A stretch of DNA of 64,000 nucleotides from Candidatus Nealsonbacteria bacterium (GCA_026396115.1 JAPLXL010000002.1:5142-69141), one strand, 5' to 3'. Counted from the first letter of the stretch, positions 53,215 through 61,312 are shown. Notes: a model not told the origin generated them from the sequence alone. A program made the numbers and translations.

Positions 53215-53526
53215 CTATATGTCGTCGTAGGCAGACGAGTGTGTGAAGCGCCGACCGCAGCAGTAGCAGAGTGCAATGTAGTAGTTCGTGACGTGATCTT
53301 CTTGCCGTCCGCACTTCTTGCATCGCTGTGTCTGCACTTCCTTCATCTGCGCCATCGGCTTGCCGCAGCACCGAGTGAACCACCAGGTCTTCTTGCCGAA
53401 GATTCCTGGATTGGGCTCGAACCGCTTCTCACCGACGTTTTCCCACTCCGGTCCGTGGTCAAGGCACCTGCCGTGAACACACTGGCCGTGTGGATACTTC
53501 TGACCTGCAAGATTGCTATGTTCCAT
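53215..53526 (-). CDS. Cys/His-rich small protein (103 aa, 9 Cys), putative zinc-binding, in GC-rich island
   Basis: ATG is preceded by AAGGAGG at a 7-nt spacing, with its own promoter and terminator. Contains CKKCG and CYCCG motifs. No family recognised. Confidence 0.6.
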   Translation of the reverse strand: MEHSNLAGQKYPHGQCVHGRCLDHGPEWENVGEKRFEPNPGIFGKKTWWFTRCCGKPMAQMKEVQTQRCKKCGRQEDHVTNYYIALCYCCGRRFTHSSAYDDI

Positions 53527-53573
53527 AGCACATCCTCCTTTCTGGCCACCCGTTTTCTTAGGTGCCAATTAAT

Positions 53574-53601
53574 ATGATACATGAAATCAGTAAAAAGTCA
53601 A
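53574..53601 (-). promoter_or_regulatory. Sigma70-like promoter (TTGACT - 16 nt incl. TG - TATCAT) for the Cys-rich ORF
   Basis: Read on the minus strand: CTCTTGACTTTTTACTGATTTCATGTATCAT. Confidence 0.5.
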
Positions 53602-53740
53602 GAGCAACAAAAAATCACCATCTCTGGTGTTTCTTATCTCTTAAATCCTAGTATTTTATGATTAAAAATTTTTTTCCCCCAAATTCAAAATATGGTTCGT
53701 GCCGATATTTTTCTCCAGGTTCTTTTGCGGTTTTTATCGG

Positions 53741-53789
53741 CGCGGCTCCACCGCGCCGATGACAATTTCAAGTTTTTCTTTGGCGGCAA
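53741..53789. repeat. Right copy of the direct repeat flanking GC-rich island 1
   Basis: CGCGGCTCCACCGCGCCGATGACAATTTCAAGTTTTTCTTTGGCGGCAA. Contains the 10-bp-stem hairpin ATCGGCGCGG/CCGCGCCGAT. Confidence 0.9.
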
Positions 53790-53817
53790 ATTTTTGTTTT
53801 GTAATATGCAAGCAAAA

Positions 53818-54288
53818 TTAATTAACAAAAAAATCTTTTCTTCTGGCTAAATAAATTATTACAATAAGCCCTATGATCCAACCAAATACCAATCCAGATA
53901 TTAAGCTAGCATTGATTAACTCGTGGGTCATCAAAGAAGCCATATCTGGAGGAAGAAATTTCTGATAATAACTGCCATACATGGTTTTATTTGCCAGAAA
54001 TGAAACTAAATTGATCAATAATAGCGCCATCCAAAAAATATACCAACCAATTGCTAATTTTCTTGCCCATCTAAATCTCTTTAGAATGCCATAGAAAATT
54101 ATTCCCAATATTCCAGCAATAACTAACATTACTACAGTAGCTCTGGCTCCACTAACTATAATTGGCCCCAATTGATACGAGGGAATTTTAAATGCGTTAA
54201 GCAACAAAGATACAGCTCCCCATCCGAAAAGGACTAGAATTAATATCATGCCAATAGGCATCTTCTGTTCAATTTGTTCGTTTTCCAT
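53818..54288 (-). CDS. Hypothetical membrane protein (about 4 TM helices)
   Basis: Hydrophobic segments throughout. No recognisable motif. Confidence 0.5.
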   Translation of the reverse strand: MENEQIEQKMPIGMILILVLFGWGAVSLLLNAFKIPSYQLGPIIVSGARATVVMLVIAGILGIIFYGILKRFRWARKLAIGWYIFWMALLLINLVSFLANKTMYGSYYQKFLPPDMASLMTHELINASLISGLVFGWIIGLIVIIYLARRKDFFVN

Positions 54289-54331
54289 AATGTTATAAAA
54301 AATTAATAATTAAATAATTCGATCTTTGTAT

Positions 54332-54757
54332 TTATATTTTATTTGTTAAATATGGACCCGATATTAAACTTATCGAGATTATAATTAAAATTAATACAAC
54401 GAACATAATTAATCCAGTTAAGAGAAGAACTAAAAACGACTTCAATATTGATTCTCCATAGAATCTATGAATAACGTAAATTCCGGCGATAAAAGAAACG
54501 GTCAATGATAAAATTGTAAATATAGAAGATAATTTTTGGATTTGATCTAAAAATAATATAGATAAAATAGAATTAATGCCGATGAGTATGCCAAGAATAA
54601 TTAAACTACAATAAAATGCGGTTTTGAAATCATTCTTTTGAAATTTGAAAAGACGAGAAAACAAGCGTAACACCAAAGAGGCGACCAAGGGAGCAATTGC
54701 TGAACCCAATATACTCAGAAACATTATTAATATAATTAGTGGTGTGCTATTTAACAT
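54332..54757 (-). CDS. Hypothetical membrane protein (about 4 TM helices)
   Basis: Hydrophobic segments throughout. No recognisable motif. Confidence 0.5.
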   Translation of the reverse strand: MLNSTPLIILIMFLSILGSAIAPLVASLVLRLFSRLFKFQKNDFKTAFYCSLIILGILIGINSILSILFLDQIQKLSSIFTILSLTVSFIAGIYVIHRFYGESILKSFLVLLLTGLIMFVVLILIIISISLISGPYLTNKI

Positions 54758-54936
54758 TCTAAATTTATTATATTATAACAGTTTTATGAAAAAATTTTCT
54801 CTTCCTCAAATAAAATCGCCAACTGATTTTTTCGTCCAAAATTTCCTACAATTTGGTCGTCGAGCCCTGCACCAGAACAAGTTCGGTGCGGGATAAACTC
54901 CGCGAGGCGAATCGAAACCGCTTGCAAATTCTTTAC

Positions 54937-55022
54937 TGGTGCCGCGGGAGAGAGTTGAACTCTCATGAGGTTGCCCTCGATAGATTTTGAATCTATTGCG
55001 TCTGCCATTTCGCCACCGCGGC
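54937..55022 (-). tRNA. tRNA-Leu (anticodon CAA), CCA encoded
   Basis: Hand-folded: acceptor GCCGCGG/CCGCGGC, anticodon arm ATAGA-TTCAAAA-TCTAT, long variable arm, T arm GAGAG-TTCAACT-CTCTC, 3' ACCA. Confidence 0.9.
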
Positions 55023-55048
55023 AAAACTAAATCTATCTTAATAAATTT

Positions 55049-57166
55049 TTATTTTTTTTCAAGTTTATAGCTACATTCCTTGTTTGAACATTTAACCTGT
55101 TCTCTTTTTGTTTGAACTAAAAGCGAACCGCATTTTTGGCATTTTTTTCCGGTGGGTTTGTCCCACAAAGCAAAGTCGCATTTTGGAAACTGGTTGCAGC
55201 CGTAGAAGATTTTTCTTTTTTTGGTTCTTTTTTCAACAATTTCTCCCTTTTTGCATTTGGGGCATTTTATTCCCAAAATATTCTTTTCTAAAGATTCCGT
55301 ATATCTGCATTTTGGAAACTTGGAGCAGGCATAAAATTTGCCGTATTTTCCGAGGCGAATTAACAACGGGGCTCCGCATTTTGGACAAGTTTTTTTTGTC
55401 GGTTTTTCGGTAATGTCTTTTTTGGAAACCTCTTCATATTTTTGTTTTAGATTTTTTTCAAACGGATTGTAAAAATCTTTTATCACCTTGATCCATTCTT
55501 TTTGATTATTGGCAATTTTATCCAGATTTTCTTCCATTTTGGCAGTAAATCCAACGTCAACGATTTCCGGAAAATGAGCCACTAAAAGATCATTAACCAC
55601 CAGACCGATCTCGGTTGGCCGGAATCTTCTTTGTTCATCCTTCTCAATATAGTTTTTTTCTTGAATGTTTGATAAAGTCGGAGCATAGGTTGAGGGTCTG
55701 CCAATTCCGTTTTCTTCCAAGACCTTAATTAAAGTTGCTTCATTGTATCTTGGTGGAGGTTGAGTAAAATGCTGCGAGGGAAGGAGTTTAATTAGTTCCA
55801 AAATCTCTTCCTTCTCCAAAACTGGGAGCTCTTTCTCCTCAAATTTCAAAGGATAAACTTTCAGGAATCCGTCAAACTTGAGAATTTGCCCTGTGGTTCT
55901 AAATGTATATATTTTTGATTTTAGGGCTTCGATATCAACGACAGTCGAGTCGAAGCTCGCCTGTGCCATTTGGCAGGCAATAAATCTTCGCCAGATTAAA
56001 TCATAGAGTTTTATCTGTTGGTTATCTAATTTGAGCTTATCGGGCGTTTTATCAGGATAAGCGGGCCTTATTGCTTCGTGAGCCTCTTGGGCACCCTTGC
56101 TTTTTGTTTTGTATTTTCTTAAAAATCCTGGCCAATAATTTTCACCATAATTTTTAACAATAAATTTTTTCGCAGCAAATAAAGATAAATTGGAGAGATT
56201 TAGAGAATCGGTCCGGTGATACGTGATTTTTCCAGTTTCGTAAAGTTGTTGGGCAATTCGCATTGTTAGTTTTGCCGGAAATTTAAATTTTTGCCAAGCG
56301 GTTTGCTGTAGAGTACTGGTAGTAAATGGCGGTAGAGGATTTCTCTTTATTTCTTTTTTTTCAACATTAATTACTTTATATTCTGCTCCTTCCAAATCTT
56401 TTAAAATTCCATCCGCCTCTTCCTTTGTTTTAATTCCCAATTTCGGAATAGCTTCCCCGTCTCTTTTAACCAAAACCGCTTCGAATTCGTTATTTTTGAT
56501 TTTTGATTTTTGAAAGGCGAAGAGGACTTCGTCCTCTTCTTCACATTCGCTTCCATGAATGGAAGCTCGGTTTTTGAGGAGCGTAGCGACGATACTCCAG
56601 TACTCTTGAGCGATAAAATTTTCAATTTCTCTTTCCCGTTCTACGACAAATCGTACTGCTACCGACTGAACTCGTCCGGCCGATAACCCCCTGGCAACTT
56701 TTTTCCATAAAAATGGAGAAAGCTTGTAACCGACAATTCTATCTAAAATTCTTCTGGCCTGCTGGGCGTTGACTAAATTAATATCAATTTTTCTCGGATT
56801 TTTTAAGGACTCTTTAATGGCTGATTTGGTAATTTCATGGAAAAAAATTCGTTGATATTTTTTATCTTTATTAAGGTTTAGGAGAAAGATTAAGTGGTAG
56901 GCGATTGCTTCTCCCTCCCGGTCTTGGTCGGTTGCCAAAATTACCAATTCTGCTTTTTGAGACTCTTTTTTTAAAGATTCCACATTTTTTTTAGCCCGGG
57001 GGATGATGATGTACTTTGGTTTGAAATTATTTTTCAAATCAATTCCAAATTCATCTTCCGGCAGGTCCCGCATGTGGCCGTAAGAAGACAAAACTTGGTA
57101 TTTTGGGCCTAAAAATTTTGATATTGTTTTAGATTTAGCAGGACTTTCAACGATAACTAATAGCAT
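55049..57166 (-). CDS. topA: DNA topoisomerase I
   Basis: 705 aa with a TOPRIM N-terminus (LVIVESPAKSKTI), catalytic region ITYHRTDS and C-terminal zinc ribbons (CPKCG..., CPKCKKG..., CQKCG...). In-frame repeat at 56516-56571. Confidence 0.95.
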   Translation of the reverse strand: MLLVIVESPAKSKTISKFLGPKYQVLSSYGHMRDLPEDEFGIDLKNNFKPKYIIIPRAKKNVESLKKESQKAELVILATDQDREGEAIAYHLIFLLNLNKDKKYQRIFFHEITKSAIKESLKNPRKIDINLVNAQQARRILDRIVGYKLSPFLWKKVARGLSAGRVQSVAVRFVVEREREIENFIAQEYWSIVATLLKNRASIHGSECEEEDEVLFAFQKSKIKNNEFEAVLVKRDGEAIPKLGIKTKEEADGILKDLEGAEYKVINVEKKEIKRNPLPPFTTSTLQQTAWQKFKFPAKLTMRIAQQLYETGKITYHRTDSLNLSNLSLFAAKKFIVKNYGENYWPGFLRKYKTKSKGAQEAHEAIRPAYPDKTPDKLKLDNQQIKLYDLIWRRFIACQMAQASFDSTVVDIEALKSKIYTFRTTGQILKFDGFLKVYPLKFEEKELPVLEKEEILELIKLLPSQHFTQPPPRYNEATLIKVLEENGIGRPSTYAPTLSNIQEKNYIEKDEQRRFRPTEIGLVVNDLLVAHFPEIVDVGFTAKMEENLDKIANNQKEWIKVIKDFYNPFEKNLKQKYEEVSKKDITEKPTKKTCPKCGAPLLIRLGKYGKFYACSKFPKCRYTESLEKNILGIKCPKCKKGEIVEKRTKKRKIFYGCNQFPKCDFALWDKPTGKKCQKCGSLLVQTKREQVKCSNKECSYKLEKK
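56516..56571. repeat. Family A type A2 element, in-frame in topA
   Basis: GGCGAAGAGGACTTCGTCCTCTTCTTCACATTCGCTTCCATGAATGGAAGCTCGGT. Preceded by (ATTTTTG)x3 at 56491-56513. Confidence 0.92.
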
Positions 57167-58019
57167 ATACGTTATTTCCTAAGTTTCTTACTTTACATTT
57201 TATTTCTAAGATAGCAAGAGTGCTGGCTATGGTTGAGGCCGGCAATTTTGTCTTTTCAATAATTTTATCAATATATAATGCTTCTTCTTTTAAAATTTTC
57301 AAAATCAAATTTTCTTCTTCTGACCTTTCATTTTCAACGAGAACAGTTCTCGTTGATGGTTGTGGTAAATTCAATTCTTTTAAAATATCGTTGGTATGTT
57401 CAACTAATTTTGCCCCTTGCTTAATTAATTTATGAGGTCCTTTGGAATTTGAAGAATGAATTGGGCCGGGAACAGCGAAAACTTTTCTTCTTTGTTTTCT
57501 TGCCCATTCGGCAGTGATTAAAGCTCCGGACTTTTGTTTTGCTTCGACAACTAAGACTCCTAAACTCAATCCGGAAATAATTCTATTTCTTTGGGGAAAA
57601 GAGAATTGGGAGCCGGGGGTTCCCGGAGGATATTCAGAAATTAAGCAGCCACCGGTTTCTAAGATTTTTTGAGCTAATTTTAAATTTGACTGAGGATAAA
57701 TGGTTTTTTCATCTAAACCCGTGCCCAAGACCGCAATCGTTCTTTTGTTTCTTTCAACTGCTGCTGTATGAGCAAAAGTATCAATTCCCGGTGCTAATCC
57801 CGAAACAATAATTAATCCAGTTTCGGCTAAATCTCCGGCCATTTCCAAAGCCACCTGTTTTCCATAAGGAGAGTATCTTCTTGTTCCAACAATTGCAAAA
57901 CAATTTTCCTCTTTTTTTAATTCGCCTCTTACATAAAGAACCTTTGGCGGATTTTTGATTTCTTTCAGAAGTTTTGGATAATTTTTATCGTTGAGAGCAA
58001 TAGTTTTTATTTCTTCCAT
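57147..58019 (-). CDS. dprA: DNA-processing protein DprA
   Basis: AIVGTRRYSPYGK...SGLAPGIDTFAH Rossmann core, in the conserved dprA-topA order. Confidence 0.9.
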   Translation of the reverse strand: MEEIKTIALNDKNYPKLLKEIKNPPKVLYVRGELKKEENCFAIVGTRRYSPYGKQVALEMAGDLAETGLIIVSGLAPGIDTFAHTAAVERNKRTIAVLGTGLDEKTIYPQSNLKLAQKILETGGCLISEYPPGTPGSQFSFPQRNRIISGLSLGVLVVEAKQKSGALITAEWARKQRRKVFAVPGPIHSSNSKGPHKLIKQGAKLVEHTNDILKELNLPQPSTRTVLVENERSEEENLILKILKEEALYIDKIIEKTKLPASTIASTLAILEIKCKVRNLGNNVYAISYR

Positions 58020-58021
58020 AT

Positions 58022-58140
58022 TTTTTTATCTTATCATTTACTGAGCTTTTATGTAATAAAGGTCAAAGAGATAAATCTCTTTTTCATCTTCGTTTTCGCT
58101 GTGCGAAAACTTGATAAGTGAATAAGAATGAATATTCTTC
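58022..58140. repeat. ~120-bp module upstream of dprA (copy 1)
   Basis: About 114/120 identical (hand alignment) to 61141-61260. Confidence 0.9.
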
Positions 58141-60100
58141 AACCAGTTCGTAATCTTTCCACGGCTTCAGATAGCATTTGACAGTAGAGATTTAACCCCA
58201 CCCTATTTATATTCCCTGATTGCTCTTTTCCCAAAACATTGCCGGCTCCACGGATTTCCAAATCTTTCAAAGCAATTTTATAGCCAGAGCCTAATTCTTC
58301 GGTCTCCTTGAGTGCGGTTAATCTTTCTTTAACCAAAGGAGCGAGCCGTTGGGGATACAAAAAATAAGCAAAGGCTTGAATATGGCTTCTTCCAATTCGA
58401 CCCCGGATTTGGTAGGCCTGAGCTAAACCTAATTTAGTTGAATCGGCGACAACTAAAGTATTAACATTGGGCAGGTCTAATCCATTTTCAATAATTGTTG
58501 TCGCTACCAAAACATCAATTTTTTCTTTTTGGAAATCTTCCATCACTTTTACCAATTCTTTTTCTTTTAATCTTCCGTGAGCGATACCGAACTTCGCCTG
58601 GGGAACCAGTTTTTCTAAGAAATTTTTTACTGTTTCAATTGTTTCTACTCTATTATGCAAATGATATACCTGGCCACCTCGAGAAATTTCATTTTCAATC
58701 GCTTCTTTAATAACTTTTTCATTAAATTGTGAAATAAAAGTTTTTACCGATAATCTTCCCTTCGGCGGAGTTTGAATCAAGCTGATATTTTTTAGAGAGG
58801 ATAAAGCCATATACAAAGTTCTGGGAATGGGAGTGGCAGAAAGTGATAAAACATCCAAAGAAGTTCTTATCTTTTTTAATCTTTCTTTTTGTTTAACTCC
58901 AAATCTTTGTTCGTCATCAATAACCAATAGCCCCAAATTTTTAAATTCAACATCGTTTGATAAAATTCGGTGAGTGCCTACCGCTATGTCAACTTTCCCA
59001 TTTTTTAAATCATTAATTATTTCTCTCTGGTATTTTTTAGATTGCAACCTCGATAACATCGCTATTTTAACTGGTAAATTTTTTAATCGTCCCTTAAAAT
59101 TTTGAAAATGTTGATTAGCCAAAATAGTGGTTGGGCAAATCATCGCCGCTTGATAGCCGGACTTAACCGCCCTTATTATTGTTCTAAGAGCTATTTCAGT
59201 TTTGCCAAAACCAACATCGCCGCAAACAATTCTGTCCATCGGCTCTTCTTTTTCTAAATCTTTTTTGATATCTTCAAGTGTTTCAATTTGGTCAGAGGTT
59301 TCTTCGTATTGGAAAGAAGAAGCTAATTGAAAATCAATTTCATCTTCCGGTAAATATGGAGGACGGGAAGAAATAGTTCTTTTAGCATAAATTTCCAATA
59401 ATTCTTTGGCCGTTTTTTCCGTATCGGTTTTTATTTTTCTTTTTGTTTTCTGCCAAATTAGAGAACCCAATCTTGAGATTTTGGGTTCAATAAATCCAAC
59501 ATATCTTGAAAGTTTTCTTTCCAAGCCAGTTGGTACATATAGTTTGTCGCTGGCAGCGTATTCAAGTTGATAATATTGCTGATTGTCAATTGTTAATCGT
59601 TGATTGTAAATTCCGATGCCGTGGTCAAGATGGACTAAATAGTTTCCGGGCTTCAGTCCTCTTAAATCGGAAAAAAATTTTTGAGATTTTAATTTCTTTT
59701 TTAAAAATTCTTTTGCGGTCTTTTCATTTTTAACTTCGATTGGCAACTTTTCAATGTTTTCAATTCTATTTCCCAAAAACTCAAAACGAACAGCCTGATT
59801 GGAATTTATCGGAAAAACATCAAGAATTCCTCCTCTTTGAGAGAACTCTCCGGGATCTTGAACCCCAAGCATTTTTTCATATCCCATTTCATCTAATTTT
59901 CTTAAAATTTGAGACAAATTAACTTTTTGGTTCTTGGTAAAATATAGAGTATTATCTTCAAAGAAAGATTGGGTCTTTCTTGTTTCCAAGATTTTATTAA
60001 GATTTTCTTCAAACCAAAAAAAGCCCTTTTCTAAAAAGTAGGGGGTGATAGAGCAAATCAGAACTTTATCAATCTGGCTTGACAAATTCATTTTATTCAA
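58139..60100 (-). CDS. mfd: Transcription-repair coupling factor, short form lacking the N-terminal UvrB-homology module
   Basis: CarD/TRCF RNAP-interaction motif (NYLVHLDHGIGIY) and SF2 helicase motifs (GDVGFGKTE, DDEQRFG). The track start is TTG at 60100. The ATG at 60091, preceded by TATAAT plus 8 nt, is an alternative. Confidence 0.8.
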   Translation of the reverse strand: MNKMNLSSQIDKVLICSITPYFLEKGFFWFEENLNKILETRKTQSFFEDNTLYFTKNQKVNLSQILRKLDEMGYEKMLGVQDPGEFSQRGGILDVFPINSNQAVRFEFLGNRIENIEKLPIEVKNEKTAKEFLKKKLKSQKFFSDLRGLKPGNYLVHLDHGIGIYNQRLTIDNQQYYQLEYAASDKLYVPTGLERKLSRYVGFIEPKISRLGSLIWQKTKRKIKTDTEKTAKELLEIYAKRTISSRPPYLPEDEIDFQLASSFQYEETSDQIETLEDIKKDLEKEEPMDRIVCGDVGFGKTEIALRTIIRAVKSGYQAAMICPTTILANQHFQNFKGRLKNLPVKIAMLSRLQSKKYQREIINDLKNGKVDIAVGTHRILSNDVEFKNLGLLVIDDEQRFGVKQKERLKKIRTSLDVLSLSATPIPRTLYMALSSLKNISLIQTPPKGRLSVKTFISQFNEKVIKEAIENEISRGGQVYHLHNRVETIETVKNFLEKLVPQAKFGIAHGRLKEKELVKVMEDFQKEKIDVLVATTIIENGLDLPNVNTLVVADSTKLGLAQAYQIRGRIGRSHIQAFAYFLYPQRLAPLVKERLTALKETEELGSGYKIALKDLEIRGAGNVLGKEQSGNINRVGLNLYCQMLSEAVERLRTG

Positions 60101-60107
60101 TTATAAT
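60079..60107 (+). promoter_or_regulatory. Perfect consensus sigma70 promoter TTGACA - 17 nt - TATAAT (plus strand), overlapping the mfd start
   Basis: Hexamers and a 17-nt spacer counted directly. Points into GC-rich island 2. Confidence 0.65.
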
Positions 60108-60162
60108 ATATTCTATAATAAGAAGAATAGGAACTTTGTCAAATTAAAATAATTTTGCTTTC

Positions 60163-60315
60163 CGGTCTATCTGCGAGTTGGCTTAACCGAGCATATAACT
60201 TTGTTATATGCTCGGGGATGGATTTCTAAGTGATCACTCCTTTAAACTTAGTGTGCCTTAGCTTTGTAGCGAAGTACTTATGTATTTTTACTACGAAGGC
60301 TCGCAGGTAGACCGG
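60163..60315 (+). ncRNA. Structured 5' leader / candidate cis-regulatory RNA of unknown class
   Basis: A 16-bp long-range stem pairs CCGGTCTATCTGCGAG (60163-60178) with CTCGCAGGTAGACCGG (60300-60315), with one G-U pair. It encloses a perfect 13-bp hairpin CCGAGCATATAAC/GTTATATGCTCGG and a CTAAGT/ACTTAG hairpin. Confidence 0.4.
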
Positions 60316-60361
60316 AGGGTAAAAGTAAGTTAAAAAATGAATAGGGGAGGAGGTGAGACTA

Positions 60362-60595
60362 ATGGAGAGACCGATGATGGACGAGATCGAGATCCAGAAA
60401 AAAATACTTGTTGCTCTGCAAAAAAGCGGCAAGCCCATGACCAGCACCGAGCTGGAAAAGGCACTTGGCCTGGAGTGGACAGAGTTTTCCCGCCCTTTTG
60501 GAAAAATGATTCAAACTGTTTTTAATACCGGGGGTCGAGTGTTGACAATTCCGGATCCTACCGGACGGGGACAACTATTTGTTCTATCTTCCTAA
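60362..60595 (+). CDS. Small winged-helix-like protein (77 aa) in GC-rich island 2
   Basis: ATG is preceded by GGAGGAGGTGA (strong SD). The segment KKILVALQKSGKPMTSTELEKALGL resembles a wHTH recognition unit. Terminator follows. Confidence 0.55.
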   Translation: MERPMMDEIEIQKKILVALQKSGKPMTSTELEKALGLEWTEFSRPFGKMIQTVFNTGGRVLTIPDPTGRGQLFVLSS

Positions 60596-60602
60596 TTGAA
60601 GA

Positions 60603-60631
60603 GTCGGGGCCATCTGTGGTTTCGACTTTTT
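60603..60631 (+). terminator. Intrinsic terminator of island 2
   Basis: GTCGGGG...TTTCGAC stem (3 G-U pairs) followed by TTTTT. Confidence 0.45.
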
Positions 60632-60633
60632 AT

Positions 60634-61137
60634 TTAGGCGTTGAATTTCGCCATTGCTTTTTCTATTCCCTCCTTTAAAGAAAATTCAATCGCCTCAACT
60701 GTTTCTTGAATAACTTCTTTGACAATTCCTTCTTCTTTATTAAATTTTTGAAGAACAAATCTTTCTGGACTTTTGGGCTTGCCAAATTTTGGCTGAATAC
60801 CGATTCTAAACCTAATAAAATTTTTTGATTTTAATTCATTCACTATTGATTGAACTCCTTTATGGCCGCCTGCTCCCCGATTTTTATTGATTCGGATTTT
60901 GCCCAGAGGAATGTCGATGTCGTCATGAACGACAATCAAATTGTCAGGTTTTAGTTTATGGTTTTTTAGTAAATTTCTTACTGCTTGACCGGAAAGATTC
61001 ATGAAACTTTTAGGTTTAGCCAAAACAACTCCTTTCAATGTTAAAGGAGCAAGCTTGTCGATAACTCTAAAACCAACATTATGGCGAGTAAATTTATATT
61101 TTGGCCCGGGGTTGCCGAGACCGACAATTAAAACCAT
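60634..61137 (-). CDS. pth: Peptidyl-tRNA hydrolase
   Basis: LIVGLGNPGPKYKFTRHNVGF is a typical Pth N-terminus. Confidence 0.95.
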   Translation of the reverse strand: MVLIVGLGNPGPKYKFTRHNVGFRVIDKLAPLTLKGVVLAKPKSFMNLSGQAVRNLLKNHKLKPDNLIVVHDDIDIPLGKIRINKNRGAGGHKGVQSIVNELKSKNFIRFRIGIQPKFGKPKSPERFVLQKFNKEEGIVKEVIQETVEAIEFSLKEGIEKAMAKFNA

Positions 61138-61140
61138 AGA

Positions 61141-61260
61141 TTTTTTTATTATATCATTTACTGAGCTTTTATGTAATAAAGTTCAAAGAGATAAATCTCT
61201 TTTTCATCTTCGTTTTCGCTGTGCGAAAACTTGATAAATGAAGAAGAATGAATATTCTTC
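61141..61260. repeat. ~120-bp module upstream of pth (copy 2)
   Basis: Same orientation and same position relative to the downstream ATG as copy 1. Confidence 0.9.
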
Positions 61261-61312
61261 GCCTACCCGAGCCGCAGCGAAGGGGGAAGAAGAGGATTTA
61301 TCCTCTTCGCCT
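61261..61312. repeat. Family A type A1 element (intergenic reference copy)
   Basis: GCCTACCCGAGCCGCAGCGAAGGGGGAAGAAGAGGATTTATCCTCTTCGCCTAC. Confidence 0.92.

Noticed and set aside
53137-53582. Three further overlapping ORFs in GC-rich island 1: 53137-53577 plus strand, and 53192-53383 and 53343-53582 minus strand.
   Set aside because: High G+C keeps several frames open. Only the 53215-53526 minus-strand frame has a correctly spaced AAGGAGG, an upstream promoter and a downstream terminator. The plus-strand ORF would start upstream of, and read through, the terminator hairpin.
53082-54936. A larger tRNA-Leu-associated genomic island spanning the two membrane-protein genes and the Cys-rich cassette.
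   Set aside because: The membrane-protein genes have host-like AT-rich composition. There is no integrase and no duplication of the tRNA 3' end at the distal border. Only the 0.6-kb repeat-flanked segment is compositionally distinct.
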